Of a DNA stretch of 64,000 bases, positions 1-8,981 are shown in pieces (positions within the stretch are counted from its first letter, which is position 1; the number at the start of each line of letters is the position of its first letter). The translations under genes were made by a program, and so were the position numbers. The notes under the pieces were generated by a model. It ran no database searches. It saw nothing but the letters and a program-made list of their open reading frames with translations, and was not told where the DNA came from. This stretch comes from a candidate division WOR-3 bacterium. Lineage in GTDB: Bacteria > Hydrothermota > 32-111. The stretch spans positions 672,001 to 736,000 of the forward strand of contig JBDRZU010000001.1 in NCBI GenBank assembly GCA_039804105.1, given 5' to 3'.

Positions 1-357
1 CAGATCCAAAAAGAAAATAAAGAACCTATAAAAAATTTCAACATTTCAATAGAAGGGTCAGTTTGCGATACGAACTCTAAATTTAAAGATGTTGTTTCTT
101 TCTATATTTTAAACGAAAATGGTTTAATAAAGGAAATTTCAGTAAAATGTGGACCTTGTGATCCTTACGCTTACATAGTATCCAATATACTTTCTAAAAT
201 CTTAAAGGGATTAAAAATCGAACAGATAAGAATAACCAACGATATGATATACCAAGAATTTTTAAAATACCTAGATTATAAGATAGATGAAGATATGAGA
301 TTCCATTTTGAAACTCTTCTAAAAATCTTGGAAGATAAATTAAACAACAAAGTTTAA
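1..357 (+). CDS. 3' part of a protein (truncated by window edge), possibly NifU/IscU N-terminal-like domain
   Basis: Frame 1 is open from base 1 to TAA at 355-357: ...GSVCDTNSKFKDVVSFYILNENGLIKEISVKCGPCDPYAYIVSNILSKILKGLKIEQIRITND... The D-x-x-x-F, I-x-E-I, C and helix 'GLKIEQ' pattern resembles U-type scaffold domains. Confidence 0.4.
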   Translation, partial: QIQKENKEPIKNFNISIEGSVCDTNSKFKDVVSFYILNENGLIKEISVKCGPCDPYAYIVSNILSKILKGLKIEQIRITNDMIYQEFLKYLDYKIDEDMRFHFETLLKILEDKLNNKV

Positions 358-366
358 ACTTTTTTT

Positions 367-2757
367 ATGTTAAAACAAAAATTTTTAACTGTATCAATTT
401 TTGTTTTTCTATGTTTTAAAATAATTTATGGAGAATATTTCCATACGGTGTTGTTAACAACAAAAAACCATAAAATATCTGATATAAATTTTATCTTCCT
501 ATGTAAATATTATGGACTCAAAGTTAAGGAGATTAAACTCGAAACCACACAACCATTAGATGATTCAATGTTCAAAAATGAAAATGGAGAATATATTAAA
601 TCTATCTGCATAAGTTTCAAAAATCTTGAAGATTCATCACTCATAAATACAGAAGAAATCTCTCTTTTAAAATCCACAGTTCTTAAAGGAACCAATATTT
701 TGATAAATGATATTTCTGACTCTTTTAACTTTACAAATATAAAAATTCTAACTGATTTTAAATTTTTCAAAACAGAGTATTTTAAAAACTATAAAGCATG
801 GTTATTTAATGAAGATAGTTGTAAAATTTCTGATGTTTTCTCAAAAAAAGTTATTCCATGTGAATATTTTTTTGAAGATGGTTTTACCATTACTGGAGAT
901 GGGAAAACAGATTTAATAACCGATAGTGAAAATAACAATTCAATCTTTTCTTATTTTAACTTCGGAAAAGGAAAAATATTTTTGAATGGCTGTATAATTA
1001 ATAAAAGTTTGTTAACAAATAAACTTGTTAATCTTTATTATGGATCAGAAAATAAACCAAAATCAATAAATAATATTTTACCGATTATGATATTCTTAAA
1101 ATTTTCAAATGGAGCAATGTGCTGGCATAATCACAAAAAATACGCTAATCTGACGATAGATGATCCCAATTTGATCGAACAGTTTGGGGCATTAAATTAT
1201 AAAGAACTATTAAAGCAGATGGAAACACACACATTTCACACAACGATAGCGTTCATACCCAGAAATTTTGAAACTAACTTTGATACATCAGTGTTGAACT
1301 TATTCAAAAATTATCCTGATAAATTTTCTATAACTATACATGGAAACAACCATGATGGATATGAATTCATATGCTTTACTCAGGAACAGTTAGATTCCTT
1401 AAATAAACTATATAATAATCGTTGGATAACACAAATCCCACGGCCTTTTAAAGATCAAGAGTGTGATATAGTTGAATCTTTAACTAGAATGGAACTTTTT
1501 AAATTGAAAATGGGAATCGATTACTCTATAGATATGGTTTTTCCATGGGGGATACCACTTTCACCAACACTTGGAATTTTAAAAAAATATAATTTTAATT
1601 CAACCATAAATGCTCAAACACAACCATTTTTATTTTTAGAAAATGATTATGATACAAATTATGATTTCAACATGAGACCTGTGAATCTAAATTTCTCTAA
1701 CTTTGCTGTAATCGGAAGAAATCCACCCTATTTTTCAGATGATTCTGTTTGTTTAAAATTTCTTTTAGATCTGTTTATAGATAAACCTCTTCTTTTATAT
1801 TGTCATGAAAACTTTTTTTCAAAAGGGATGGATTCGTTCAACCCTTTTGCATATTTTGTTAACTCTTTATTTTACAAAATTGAATGGAAATCTCTTGGTT
1901 ATATAACGAAAAGGACTTATCTAGAAAAAGAGAATTTTGATGGAAGTGTCGATGTTCAATTTTATGGTAACAGTTTAATAATATCGAACAATTCCAACAC
2001 TCAAAAAACATATAACCTGAAAAAATGTGAAAAATTCACTTCTTCATTTTTAACCGTTCTTGTTGATGGGATGAATTTCCCATATAATATAGAAAATGAT
2101 ACACTTTATATCAATCTTGTAATACCACCAAATAAAGAAAAAGAAATAAACATAAAATATCGAAATCCCATAGATTTTAGTTTTACAGAAAAAATCGATT
2201 TTAATGTTAACAAAGATAGTTTATCATTGTCCTGCCAAATAGTGAATCTAACTTCGGATAGTGGTGCGTGTCCGATTTTCTTTTATGAGTCGAACAAGAG
2301 TAATCTCCAGTATGTTTCAACAATCTTTTTTAATCCTTTTGATACACAAACAATCTACTTATCATTAGACAAAAATTTTGATTTTGAAAGGGATAGTTTT
2401 TCTGTCATGATTGATCCTTATAATTTAGTATACGAAATGGAAAAGGCAAACAATAAACTAAATTTTAACAAGAAAATCAAAAATTTATCTATCAATTCTT
2501 TTTCAAAAAATAATGTGTATTTAATCAATCAAAATAAAAATGAATTAACTTTTGTTTTTGATACTCCAACCGATTTGAAAGAAATATCAGTTTATATCTA
2601 TGATACAACTGGTAGATGTATTTTAGAGGAAATATTTAAAAATGATAAAAGGATTTTCACTTTAAACATATCTAAATTACCAACAGGTATGTTCTTTGTA
2701 AAATTTAAAACCGGAACTTTTTACACGAAAATATTAAAATTTTTAAAATTAGAATAA
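367..2757 (+). CDS. secreted polysaccharide-deacetylase-like protein with CARDB-like domain and T9SS type A-like C-terminal sorting domain
   Basis: N-terminal hydrophobic signal; NodB-like 'LTIDDP' and 'IHGNNH'; CARDB-like 'MIDPYNLVYEMEKANN'; C-terminal 'SVYIYDTTGRCI...LNISKLPTGMFFVKF...K'. Confidence 0.65.
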   Translation: MLKQKFLTVSIFVFLCFKIIYGEYFHTVLLTTKNHKISDINFIFLCKYYGLKVKEIKLETTQPLDDSMFKNENGEYIKSICISFKNLEDSSLINTEEISLLKSTVLKGTNILINDISDSFNFTNIKILTDFKFFKTEYFKNYKAWLFNEDSCKISDVFSKKVIPCEYFFEDGFTITGDGKTDLITDSENNNSIFSYFNFGKGKIFLNGCIINKSLLTNKLVNLYYGSENKPKSINNILPIMIFLKFSNGAMCWHNHKKYANLTIDDPNLIEQFGALNYKELLKQMETHTFHTTIAFIPRNFETNFDTSVLNLFKNYPDKFSITIHGNNHDGYEFICFTQEQLDSLNKLYNNRWITQIPRPFKDQECDIVESLTRMELFKLKMGIDYSIDMVFPWGIPLSPTLGILKKYNFNSTINAQTQPFLFLENDYDTNYDFNMRPVNLNFSNFAVIGRNPPYFSDDSVCLKFLLDLFIDKPLLLYCHENFFSKGMDSFNPFAYFVNSLFYKIEWKSLGYITKRTYLEKENFDGSVDVQFYGNSLIISNNSNTQKTYNLKKCEKFTSSFLTVLVDGMNFPYNIENDTLYINLVIPPNKEKEINIKYRNPIDFSFTEKIDFNVNKDSLSLSCQIVNLTSDSGACPIFFYESNKSNLQYVSTIFFNPFDTQTIYLSLDKNFDFERDSFSVMIDPYNLVYEMEKANNKLNFNKKIKNLSINSFSKNNVYLINQNKNELTFVFDTPTDLKEISVYIYDTTGRCILEEIFKNDKRIFTLNISKLPTGMFFVKFKTGTFYTKILKFLKLE

Positions 2758-2760
2758 TTT

Positions 2761-3912
2761 TTATTTCATAAAATCGACTATCTTGGTAATATAATCATAA
2801 TCAATCTTTAAATTTCTTGTTGGAGCACATTCGATTACATTCTTTTTTATATCCTCATATTCATTTATCCCGTAAAATGACAATCGCGTTGGGGATTTTA
2901 TATCTTCAAAAAAATTTTCAATTTTTTCAATAGATTTTTCAATAACATACTCTTTTGAACCATTCAATCCAAAAACATTTTTTCCAAAAATAAAAAATTT
3001 CTCAGAGTATTTATTTTTGTTTACCTTCATCCATGCTGGAATTACTATCGAAAGTCCAGCACCATGTGGAACATCAAACAATGCACTTAAAGCATGTTCA
3101 ATAAGATGGTTTTCAAATTTGTATTTACCTATACCTGCTGTTGTTATACCTGAGAGTCCAAGCGCCGCAGCCCACATAATATTGGCTCTTTCGTTAAGAT
3201 TTTCCGGATCTTTGAGGACTTTATAAGTTGAATCAATAACTGTTTTAACTATCGTCTCTGTAAAACCATCCTGAATAGGGGTATTTTTTTCTTCTGCTGT
3301 AAAATATCCTTCAAGAACATGAGATATTATATCAACCGAAGCGTATGCGGTATAATCTTTCGGAAGAGTAACAGTTAATTTCGGGTCAAGAATTGAAAAT
3401 TTTGGGAAAAGATTTTCGCTCTGTATTCTTATTTTATGCTTTAAATTATCATTTTGAATTACAGAAATCGGATTGAATTCACTCCCGGTTGCAGAAACTG
3501 TTAAAATAACCATAAGCGGAAGCGCTTTGTCTATTTTAATATCCTTTGAGAAAAGATCCCATGGATCATTCTCATAAAAATAGCCAGCCGCAATCGCTTT
3601 TCCAGTATCGATAACACTTCCCCCACCGAGTGTGACTATGGAATCTATTTTTTCCTTTCGTGCAATTTCAATTCCCTCTTTTACTTTTTCAATAACAGGA
3701 TTAGGTTTCACCCCCTCAAGAATAAAATATTCGGATCCATTTTCCTCTATCATTTTGACAAGTTTTTCTAAAAGACCATATTTTTTTACAGATCCTTTGC
3801 CAATTATAACTAAATGTTTTTTCCCTAAAATTTTTAAATACTCCTTTGATGAATAGAATTTATCGACACCAAAAATGATCTTTACTGGATTGTAGAAAGT
3901 GAAACTGTTCAT
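2761..3912 (-). CDS. iron-containing alcohol dehydrogenase (NAD(P)H-dependent butanol dehydrogenase-like)
   Basis: Begins MNSFTFYNPVKIIFG; motifs GGGSVID, TGSE, ILDP, H-x-x-EH and HGAGL. Start moved to ATG 3912, which follows an AAGGAG RBS. Confidence 0.92.
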   Translation of the reverse strand: MNSFTFYNPVKIIFGVDKFYSSKEYLKILGKKHLVIIGKGSVKKYGLLEKLVKMIEENGSEYFILEGVKPNPVIEKVKEGIEIARKEKIDSIVTLGGGSVIDTGKAIAAGYFYENDPWDLFSKDIKIDKALPLMVILTVSATGSEFNPISVIQNDNLKHKIRIQSENLFPKFSILDPKLTVTLPKDYTAYASVDIISHVLEGYFTAEEKNTPIQDGFTETIVKTVIDSTYKVLKDPENLNERANIMWAAALGLSGITTAGIGKYKFENHLIEHALSALFDVPHGAGLSIVIPAWMKVNKNKYSEKFFIFGKNVFGLNGSKEYVIEKSIEKIENFFEDIKSPTRLSFYGINEYEDIKKNVIECAPTRNLKIDYDYITKIVDFMK

Positions 3913-3934
3913 ACTTTCTCCTTTTTTACAAATC

Positions 3935-3962
3935 ATTATAAATTTTTATCATCAAATTTCAA
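3935..3962 (-). promoter_or_regulatory. sigma70-like promoter TTGAAA-N16-TATAAT for the alcohol dehydrogenase
   Basis: Read directly on the minus strand upstream of the RBS. Confidence 0.5.
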
Positions 3963-4015
3963 TATTCATTAAGAAAATTTAAAAAAAATTGTCAAAAGCT
4001 ATTTCTTTGATACTG

Positions 4016-4043
4016 TTGACATAGTAAAATCATTCTATATAAT
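4016..4043 (+). promoter_or_regulatory. consensus sigma70-like promoter TTGACA-N16-TATAAT
   Basis: TTGACA at 4016-4021 and TATAAT at 4038-4043, upstream of AGGAGG RBS and ATG 4077. Confidence 0.75.
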
Positions 4044-4076
4044 TCCAAAAAATTTATTTAAAGGAGGTATTATAAA

Positions 4077-4757
4077 ATGAAGAAACTGTTTGTTTATTTG
4101 CTTGTCATTTTAACAATCATTGCAATTTCCTGTTCAAAACAGAAAGTAAAAATTGAAGGTATTTACAAATACTCAGTTGCATTCACAAAAAAGGTTAATT
4201 TCAAAGACATCAATAATGTAACTCTTGGAGACACTTCTTACACTTTTGGTGAAATTAACCTCTACTGGGATTTAAAAGAGGAACCAAAAGGAACAAACAT
4301 TATTATTGAAAAAGCAGAAAACACTGATTCTGTTTATCAGGAACCGATAGGATATCAACTTAAAAAAACAGACTTTTTTACAGACAAAATTTCATCATCA
4401 GGGAAATATTACTATAAAATTTCAATAGATAAAAATCTTATAAATAAATATTCTATTGATATCCCAGAGTTAATAATATATTCACCAACAACAAAAGATA
4501 CAGCAGTAGCAAGCAAAAATTTAACAATCTATTTTAACAAAATCGATGGAGCACAGAAGTACAATATTATTCTTATCGATTACAAAAATAACCCTGTATG
4601 GACACTCGAAAGTGCAGACACACAGATTACATATACAGGTGATCCACTTCAGCAAGGTTATGTTTACAATCTTATAGTTTCTACAGAAATTTTAGTTGAT
4701 TCAATAAATAAAATAAATATTTCTTCAGAATCACAATTTTTGGTAAACAAAAAGTAA
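4077..4757 (+). CDS. lipoprotein of unknown function (beta-rich, FN3/Ig-like)
   Basis: MKK, hydrophobic stretch and lipobox IAISC; strong RBS. Confidence 0.75.
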   Translation: MKKLFVYLLVILTIIAISCSKQKVKIEGIYKYSVAFTKKVNFKDINNVTLGDTSYTFGEINLYWDLKEEPKGTNIIIEKAENTDSVYQEPIGYQLKKTDFFTDKISSSGKYYYKISIDKNLINKYSIDIPELIIYSPTTKDTAVASKNLTIYFNKIDGAQKYNIILIDYKNNPVWTLESADTQITYTGDPLQQGYVYNLIVSTEILVDSINKINISSESQFLVNKK

Positions 4758-4781
4758 AAGATTCAAATCAAGGATAAAACT

Positions 4782-4812
4782 AAAAAAGGGGAGTTCAACA
4801 CTCCCCTTTTTT
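4782..4812. terminator. bidirectional intrinsic terminator
   Basis: AAAAAAGGGGAG-TTCAACA-CTCCCCTTTTTT inverted repeat between convergent genes. Confidence 0.85.
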
Positions 4813-5701
4813 AATTGCTCGGTTCTATATGGATATTTATATAGAAATTTTTCCCATATTTTTCTGTTAATTTATCTTCTACAACTTCAGTTATTTTATG
4901 CGCTTTTTCAACAGTTATCGATTTGTCAACCTCTATATGAATATCTATAGCGATATAATTTCCAATTCTTCTCGTCTGGATACTGTGAGGATTCAAAACT
5001 CCGTCAACACTGTTTATTATTTTCAATATATCATCCTCCTCTTTTGAAGTCAACGATTTTTCTGTTAATTCATCATAAGCGTCTTTCACAATATCGAAAC
5101 CAACCTTAATGATGAAAAAAGTAACTATTATTGCTGAAATTGGATCAAAAATAATCAAACTCTTATTAAAAACTGCAAGTCCAATTCCTACACTTGTTGC
5201 TATCGAGGAAAATGCATCAGATCTATGATGCCAAGCATTTGCTTTTATCGATTGGCTTTTTATTTTATCTGCAATAAAAATGGTATATCTATATAAACCC
5301 TCTTTTATAATTATGGATAAGAAGGCAAAAATAAATGTTATCCTGGTTGGTTGTATAACATGATATCCTTTAAAAATTGAAAAAATTGTTTTTACAGAAG
5401 AATAAAAAATAAAAACACCAACAAAGATCAAAAAAATTCCAACAACGAATGTTGCGAAAGTTTCAATCTTACCATGTCCATAGTCGTGTGATTCATCAAC
5501 AGGTTTTGAGGAAAATTTTAAGCCAAAGATTACAACAATATCTGTGATAAAATCAGACAATGAATGAAAACCATCAGCTATAAGTGCTTTACTTCTACCA
5601 ACTATCCCCAAAAAAATTTTTAACAAAGTTAAAATAATATTTACAAAAAGTCCAATCAAAGTAACTTTGATACCTTCATGTTTTCTTTTTTCATTCTCCA
5701 T
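4811..5701 (-). CDS. cation diffusion facilitator family transporter (FieF/YiiP-like)
   Basis: 'ADGFHSLSD', 'HDYGHGKIE', 'NAWHHRSD', six TM segments and a C-terminal 'IHIEP' dimerisation domain. Confidence 0.93.
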   Translation of the reverse strand: MENEKRKHEGIKVTLIGLFVNIILTLLKIFLGIVGRSKALIADGFHSLSDFITDIVVIFGLKFSSKPVDESHDYGHGKIETFATFVVGIFLIFVGVFIFYSSVKTIFSIFKGYHVIQPTRITFIFAFLSIIIKEGLYRYTIFIADKIKSQSIKANAWHHRSDAFSSIATSVGIGLAVFNKSLIIFDPISAIIVTFFIIKVGFDIVKDAYDELTEKSLTSKEEDDILKIINSVDGVLNPHSIQTRRIGNYIAIDIHIEVDKSITVEKAHKITEVVEDKLTEKYGKNFYINIHIEPSN

Positions 5702-5707
5702 GGTTTA

Positions 5708-5735
5708 ATTATAAAATGTAAATATAGTTAGTCAA
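5708..5735 (-). promoter_or_regulatory. promoter TTGACT-N16-TATAAT, 6 nt before the CDF ATG (likely leaderless)
   Basis: Read on the minus strand; there is no RBS between the -10 box and ATG 5701. Confidence 0.6.
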
Positions 5736-5737
5736 TA

Positions 5738-5765
5738 TTGACTTTAAAACTAATCAATATAAAAT
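5738..5765 (+). promoter_or_regulatory. promoter TTGACT-N16-TAAAAT for degP-like operon
   Basis: TTGACT at 5738-5743 and TAAAAT at 5760-5765; GGAGG RBS before ATG 5795. Confidence 0.6.
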
Positions 5766-5794
5766 TATTAATTCAGAAAACTCGGAGGTATCAT

Positions 5795-7255
5795 ATGAAA
5801 AGAAACCTAATGGTATTTTTCATAGTTTTATCAGTTTTTGTTCTAGGGATAATTTCTGCAAAAATAGTTGATATAGTTGAAGCGCAATCAACACTTGGTG
5901 AAGTGAAAACAATTTCTTCAGATTATACAATTTCGGGTTATCCAAATTTCAGAGAATTGGCAAAAAAAGTTATTCCAGCCGTTGTACATATTTCTAGTGA
6001 ATCTGTTGTAAAGGTTTCTCCCTTTTTTCCATTCGATGACCCATTCTTTAGAGAATTTTTCAAAGATTTTCCTCAACTTGAGAATAAAAACAGATCTCTT
6101 GGGACCGGATTTTTAATTTCTGCTGACGGTTATATAGTAACAAACTATCATGTTATAAAAGGTGCGCAAAAAATTTCTATCAAACTCCTCGATGGAAGAG
6201 AGTTCAAAGAAAAGGAAATAGAGGTTGTAGGTAAAGATGACAGAACTGACATAGCACTTTTAAAATTAAAAAATGTAAAAAATATGCCATATTTAAATTT
6301 CGGAGATTCTGATAATATAGAGGTTGGAGATTGGGTAATGGCTGCTGGTAATCCATTCGGTTTTGATGGAACAATAACTGTTGGAGTTATATCAGCAAAA
6401 AACAGAACCAACATAAACCTTTCAGAAGGACCAGTATATCAAGATTTCATTCAAACGGATGCATCCATAAATCCAGGGAACTCAGGGGGGCCACTTGTTG
6501 ATGTATATGGAAATGTCATAGGTGTTAACACCGCAATCGCATCACCATCAGGTGGAAATGTTGGTATAGGTTTTGCAATTCCTTCAAATATGGTTGTTAT
6601 GGTCATAAACCAACTTAAAGATAAAGGTCTTGTTTCAAGGGGTTACCTTGGAATATATCCTCAGGAGTTAACAACTGATCTAAAAAAGAAATTTAAGATG
6701 AAAGATGAAGAGACAGGAATACTTGTATCACAGGTTGAAGAAAATTCCCCAGCATATAAAGCAGGCATAAAAGAGGGAGATATAATTTTAGAATTTGATG
6801 GAAAAAAAGTTGAAAATGTAAGTAAATTCAGAATTCTTGTAGCACAGACTAAAGTTGGAAAAAATGTAAAGATTTTAATTTTAAGGGAAGGGAATAAAAT
6901 CACTCTTGAAGCAAAGATAGGTGAACTTAAAGAAAATGTTGCTCAAAAAGAAGAAGAAAAACAAATCGAAAGTAAATGGCTTGGAATAGTTGTTGATGAT
7001 ATAAAAAGTGAATATAAAGATAAGTTCAATATAACTGTCGACAAAGGTGTTGTGATTACAAATATAGACAACAATTCTCCAGTATTAGAAGCAGGACTAA
7101 GAGTCGGTGATGTTATCGTAAAAATTGAAGATACGAAGATAACCAATATTGCAGATTACAAAAATGCAGAAAAAAAGTATAGTAAAAATGAAGATGTTCT
7201 TTTAACTCTTAAAAGAGGAAATCTTAATATCTGGGTTGTTGTGAAAACAAAATAA
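5795..7255 (+). CDS. degP: Do/DegP/HtrA family periplasmic serine endoprotease with two PDZ domains
   Basis: TNYHV, DIAL and 'INPGNSGGPL' catalytic triad; 'RGYLGI' PDZ1 and a second PDZ. Start set at ATG 5795 after GGAGG. Confidence 0.93.
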   Translation: MKRNLMVFFIVLSVFVLGIISAKIVDIVEAQSTLGEVKTISSDYTISGYPNFRELAKKVIPAVVHISSESVVKVSPFFPFDDPFFREFFKDFPQLENKNRSLGTGFLISADGYIVTNYHVIKGAQKISIKLLDGREFKEKEIEVVGKDDRTDIALLKLKNVKNMPYLNFGDSDNIEVGDWVMAAGNPFGFDGTITVGVISAKNRTNINLSEGPVYQDFIQTDASINPGNSGGPLVDVYGNVIGVNTAIASPSGGNVGIGFAIPSNMVVMVINQLKDKGLVSRGYLGIYPQELTTDLKKKFKMKDEETGILVSQVEENSPAYKAGIKEGDIILEFDGKKVENVSKFRILVAQTKVGKNVKILILREGNKITLEAKIGELKENVAQKEEEKQIESKWLGIVVDDIKSEYKDKFNITVDKGVVITNIDNNSPVLEAGLRVGDVIVKIEDTKITNIADYKNAEKKYSKNEDVLLTLKRGNLNIWVVVKTK

Positions 7256-7303
7256 AACTCAAGGAAGGTAAAGATAAAAGAGATAAACGATGTTTCACTT
7301 GAG

Positions 7304-8107
7304 ATGTATCTTAAAGAGATAAAGAAATATCCTTTACTCTCTGAAAGGGAAGAAAAAGAACTTGCAAAAAAAATAAGAGAAGGAGACAAAAAAGCACTTG
7401 AAAAGTTGATTTTGGGAAACCTTCGTTTTGTGGTTAATGTTGCGAAAGAGTATCAAGGCAAAGGACTAACACTAGCTGAACTCATCAATGAAGGAAATTA
7501 TGGTTTAATAAAAGCAGCTCAAAAATTTGATGAAACAAAAAATGTTAAATTTATATCCTATGCTGTATGGTGGATAAGACAATCGATTATGAAAGCAATT
7601 CTTGAAAATAACAGTAATATAAGAATTCCTTTATCCCAGATAACAAAAATAAACGCAGTTAATAGAGCACAACAGGAAATACTCGACCAAGAAAACAGGG
7701 CCCCAACCTTCAAAGAGATAGCAGATAAAATTGGGATCTCTGAAAATGAAGTTAAAAATATTCTGAATCTCAACAAAGTCGAACTATCACTTTCAGATCC
7801 AATAGGAGATGATGAAAACCTATATCTTGGTGACACGATAATAGAAGAAAATGAGTTATCACCAGAAGAAACATTACTGAGAAAAAGATACAAAGAAACT
7901 TTAAAAAATCAACTCGAAAAACTTTCGGAAAGGGAAGCCTTGGTATTGAAAAAATATTTTGGACTTGAGGATTATAGGCCGCATACACTTGAAGAAATAG
8001 GAAAGGAATTGAATATTTCAAGAGAAAGAGTCAGGCAGATCAAAGATAGAGCGATAAACAAATTAAAAGAGATGACCAAAAATGTTCTGGAGCCATACGA
8101 TGGATAA
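7304..8107 (+). CDS. RNA polymerase sigma factor, RpoD/SigA family, short form lacking region 1.1 (true start possibly upstream)
   Basis: Region 1.2 'YLKEI..YPLL', region 2 'NLRFVV...ELINEGNYGLIKAA.KFD...KFISYAVWWIRQSI', region 4 'TLEEIG..LNISRERVRQI'. Confidence 0.93.
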   Translation: MYLKEIKKYPLLSEREEKELAKKIREGDKKALEKLILGNLRFVVNVAKEYQGKGLTLAELINEGNYGLIKAAQKFDETKNVKFISYAVWWIRQSIMKAILENNSNIRIPLSQITKINAVNRAQQEILDQENRAPTFKEIADKIGISENEVKNILNLNKVELSLSDPIGDDENLYLGDTIIEENELSPEETLLRKRYKETLKNQLEKLSEREALVLKKYFGLEDYRPHTLEEIGKELNISRERVRQIKDRAINKLKEMTKNVLEPYDG

Positions 8108-8981
8108 ATTTTTCAGAAAAAGAAAGATCAACATCTCAATAATACCCAGTGACTCTTCAGAGACAAAAGGTTTTAAAATGCTATTCATCATATTACCTGT
8201 GTTTTTGATACTTCTAATATCTATAACAATCTTCTTAACTTTTTCAACTGTTCAAAATTTAAGAAATATAAATAAATACTCATCAGTTAGAAAAACAAAA
8301 GAAGAAATTAAACTTTTATCAAAGAAAGATCAAGAGATTAAAAAAAGTATAGTTCAAATAGAAAAAGAAATCGTAGATCTAAAAAAAGAGATTAAGGAGT
8401 TGGAACCATTATTTGATTTTTTCTCAGGTCACATAGGTTCACAAAAAGTAAATACCGAATTACCATCAAATATTGATACTTTACTTTTCATAACAGAATA
8501 TCTAAATGGATTATCTGATACTATAATCACATTTTTGAAAAATAATAATGAAAGAACTCCTTCAATAGTTCCAATTAATGGATGGGTTTTAAGAAAATAT
8601 GGAAAGGTAAAAGATCCTTTTACAGAAACTGAAAAATTTTCAAATGGGATACTTTTTGTCTCCGAACTCAACAGTGATGTTTTTTCTTCGATATCGGGAA
8701 GGGTCTTATTTGCAGGTATTAAAAACTCAAAAAATGGTAATGTTGTAATAATAGACAATGGACTCTTTACAGTTGAATATTCACATCTTTCCTTTATAAC
8801 TGTTAAAACTGGGGATCATGTGAAAAAGGGACAGAAGATTGGAACAGCTGGTAAGAGTGGAAAAACTTTAACATCATCCGTTTTTTATAAAATCATAAGG
8901 GGTACAGAATTGATTGATCCTGAACTATCATTTTTAATACCAACATTTTTTCTTTATGATACTCTTAATACGAATTTATAA
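8100..8981 (+). CDS. membrane-anchored coiled-coil protein with degenerate M23/LytM domain
   Basis: TM segment and coiled coil, then 'PSIVPING', 'DPFT', 'YSHLS..VKTGDHVKKGQKIG..GKSG'. Start set at ATG 8100 after GGAG. Confidence 0.8.
   Translation: MDKFFRKRKINISIIPSDSSETKGFKMLFIILPVFLILLISITIFLTFSTVQNLRNINKYSSVRKTKEEIKLLSKKDQEIKKSIVQIEKEIVDLKKEIKELEPLFDFFSGHIGSQKVNTELPSNIDTLLFITEYLNGLSDTIITFLKNNNERTPSIVPINGWVLRKYGKVKDPFTETEKFSNGILFVSELNSDVFSSISGRVLFAGIKNSKNGNVVIIDNGLFTVEYSHLSFITVKTGDHVKKGQKIGTAGKSGKTLTSSVFYKIIRGTELIDPELSFLIPTFFLYDTLNTNL

Noticed and set aside
5738..5794. Upstream TTG start for degP given by the ORF track
   Set aside because: The TTG is the -35 box of the promoter; ATG 5795 has a GGAGG RBS and begins a proper signal/anchor sequence.
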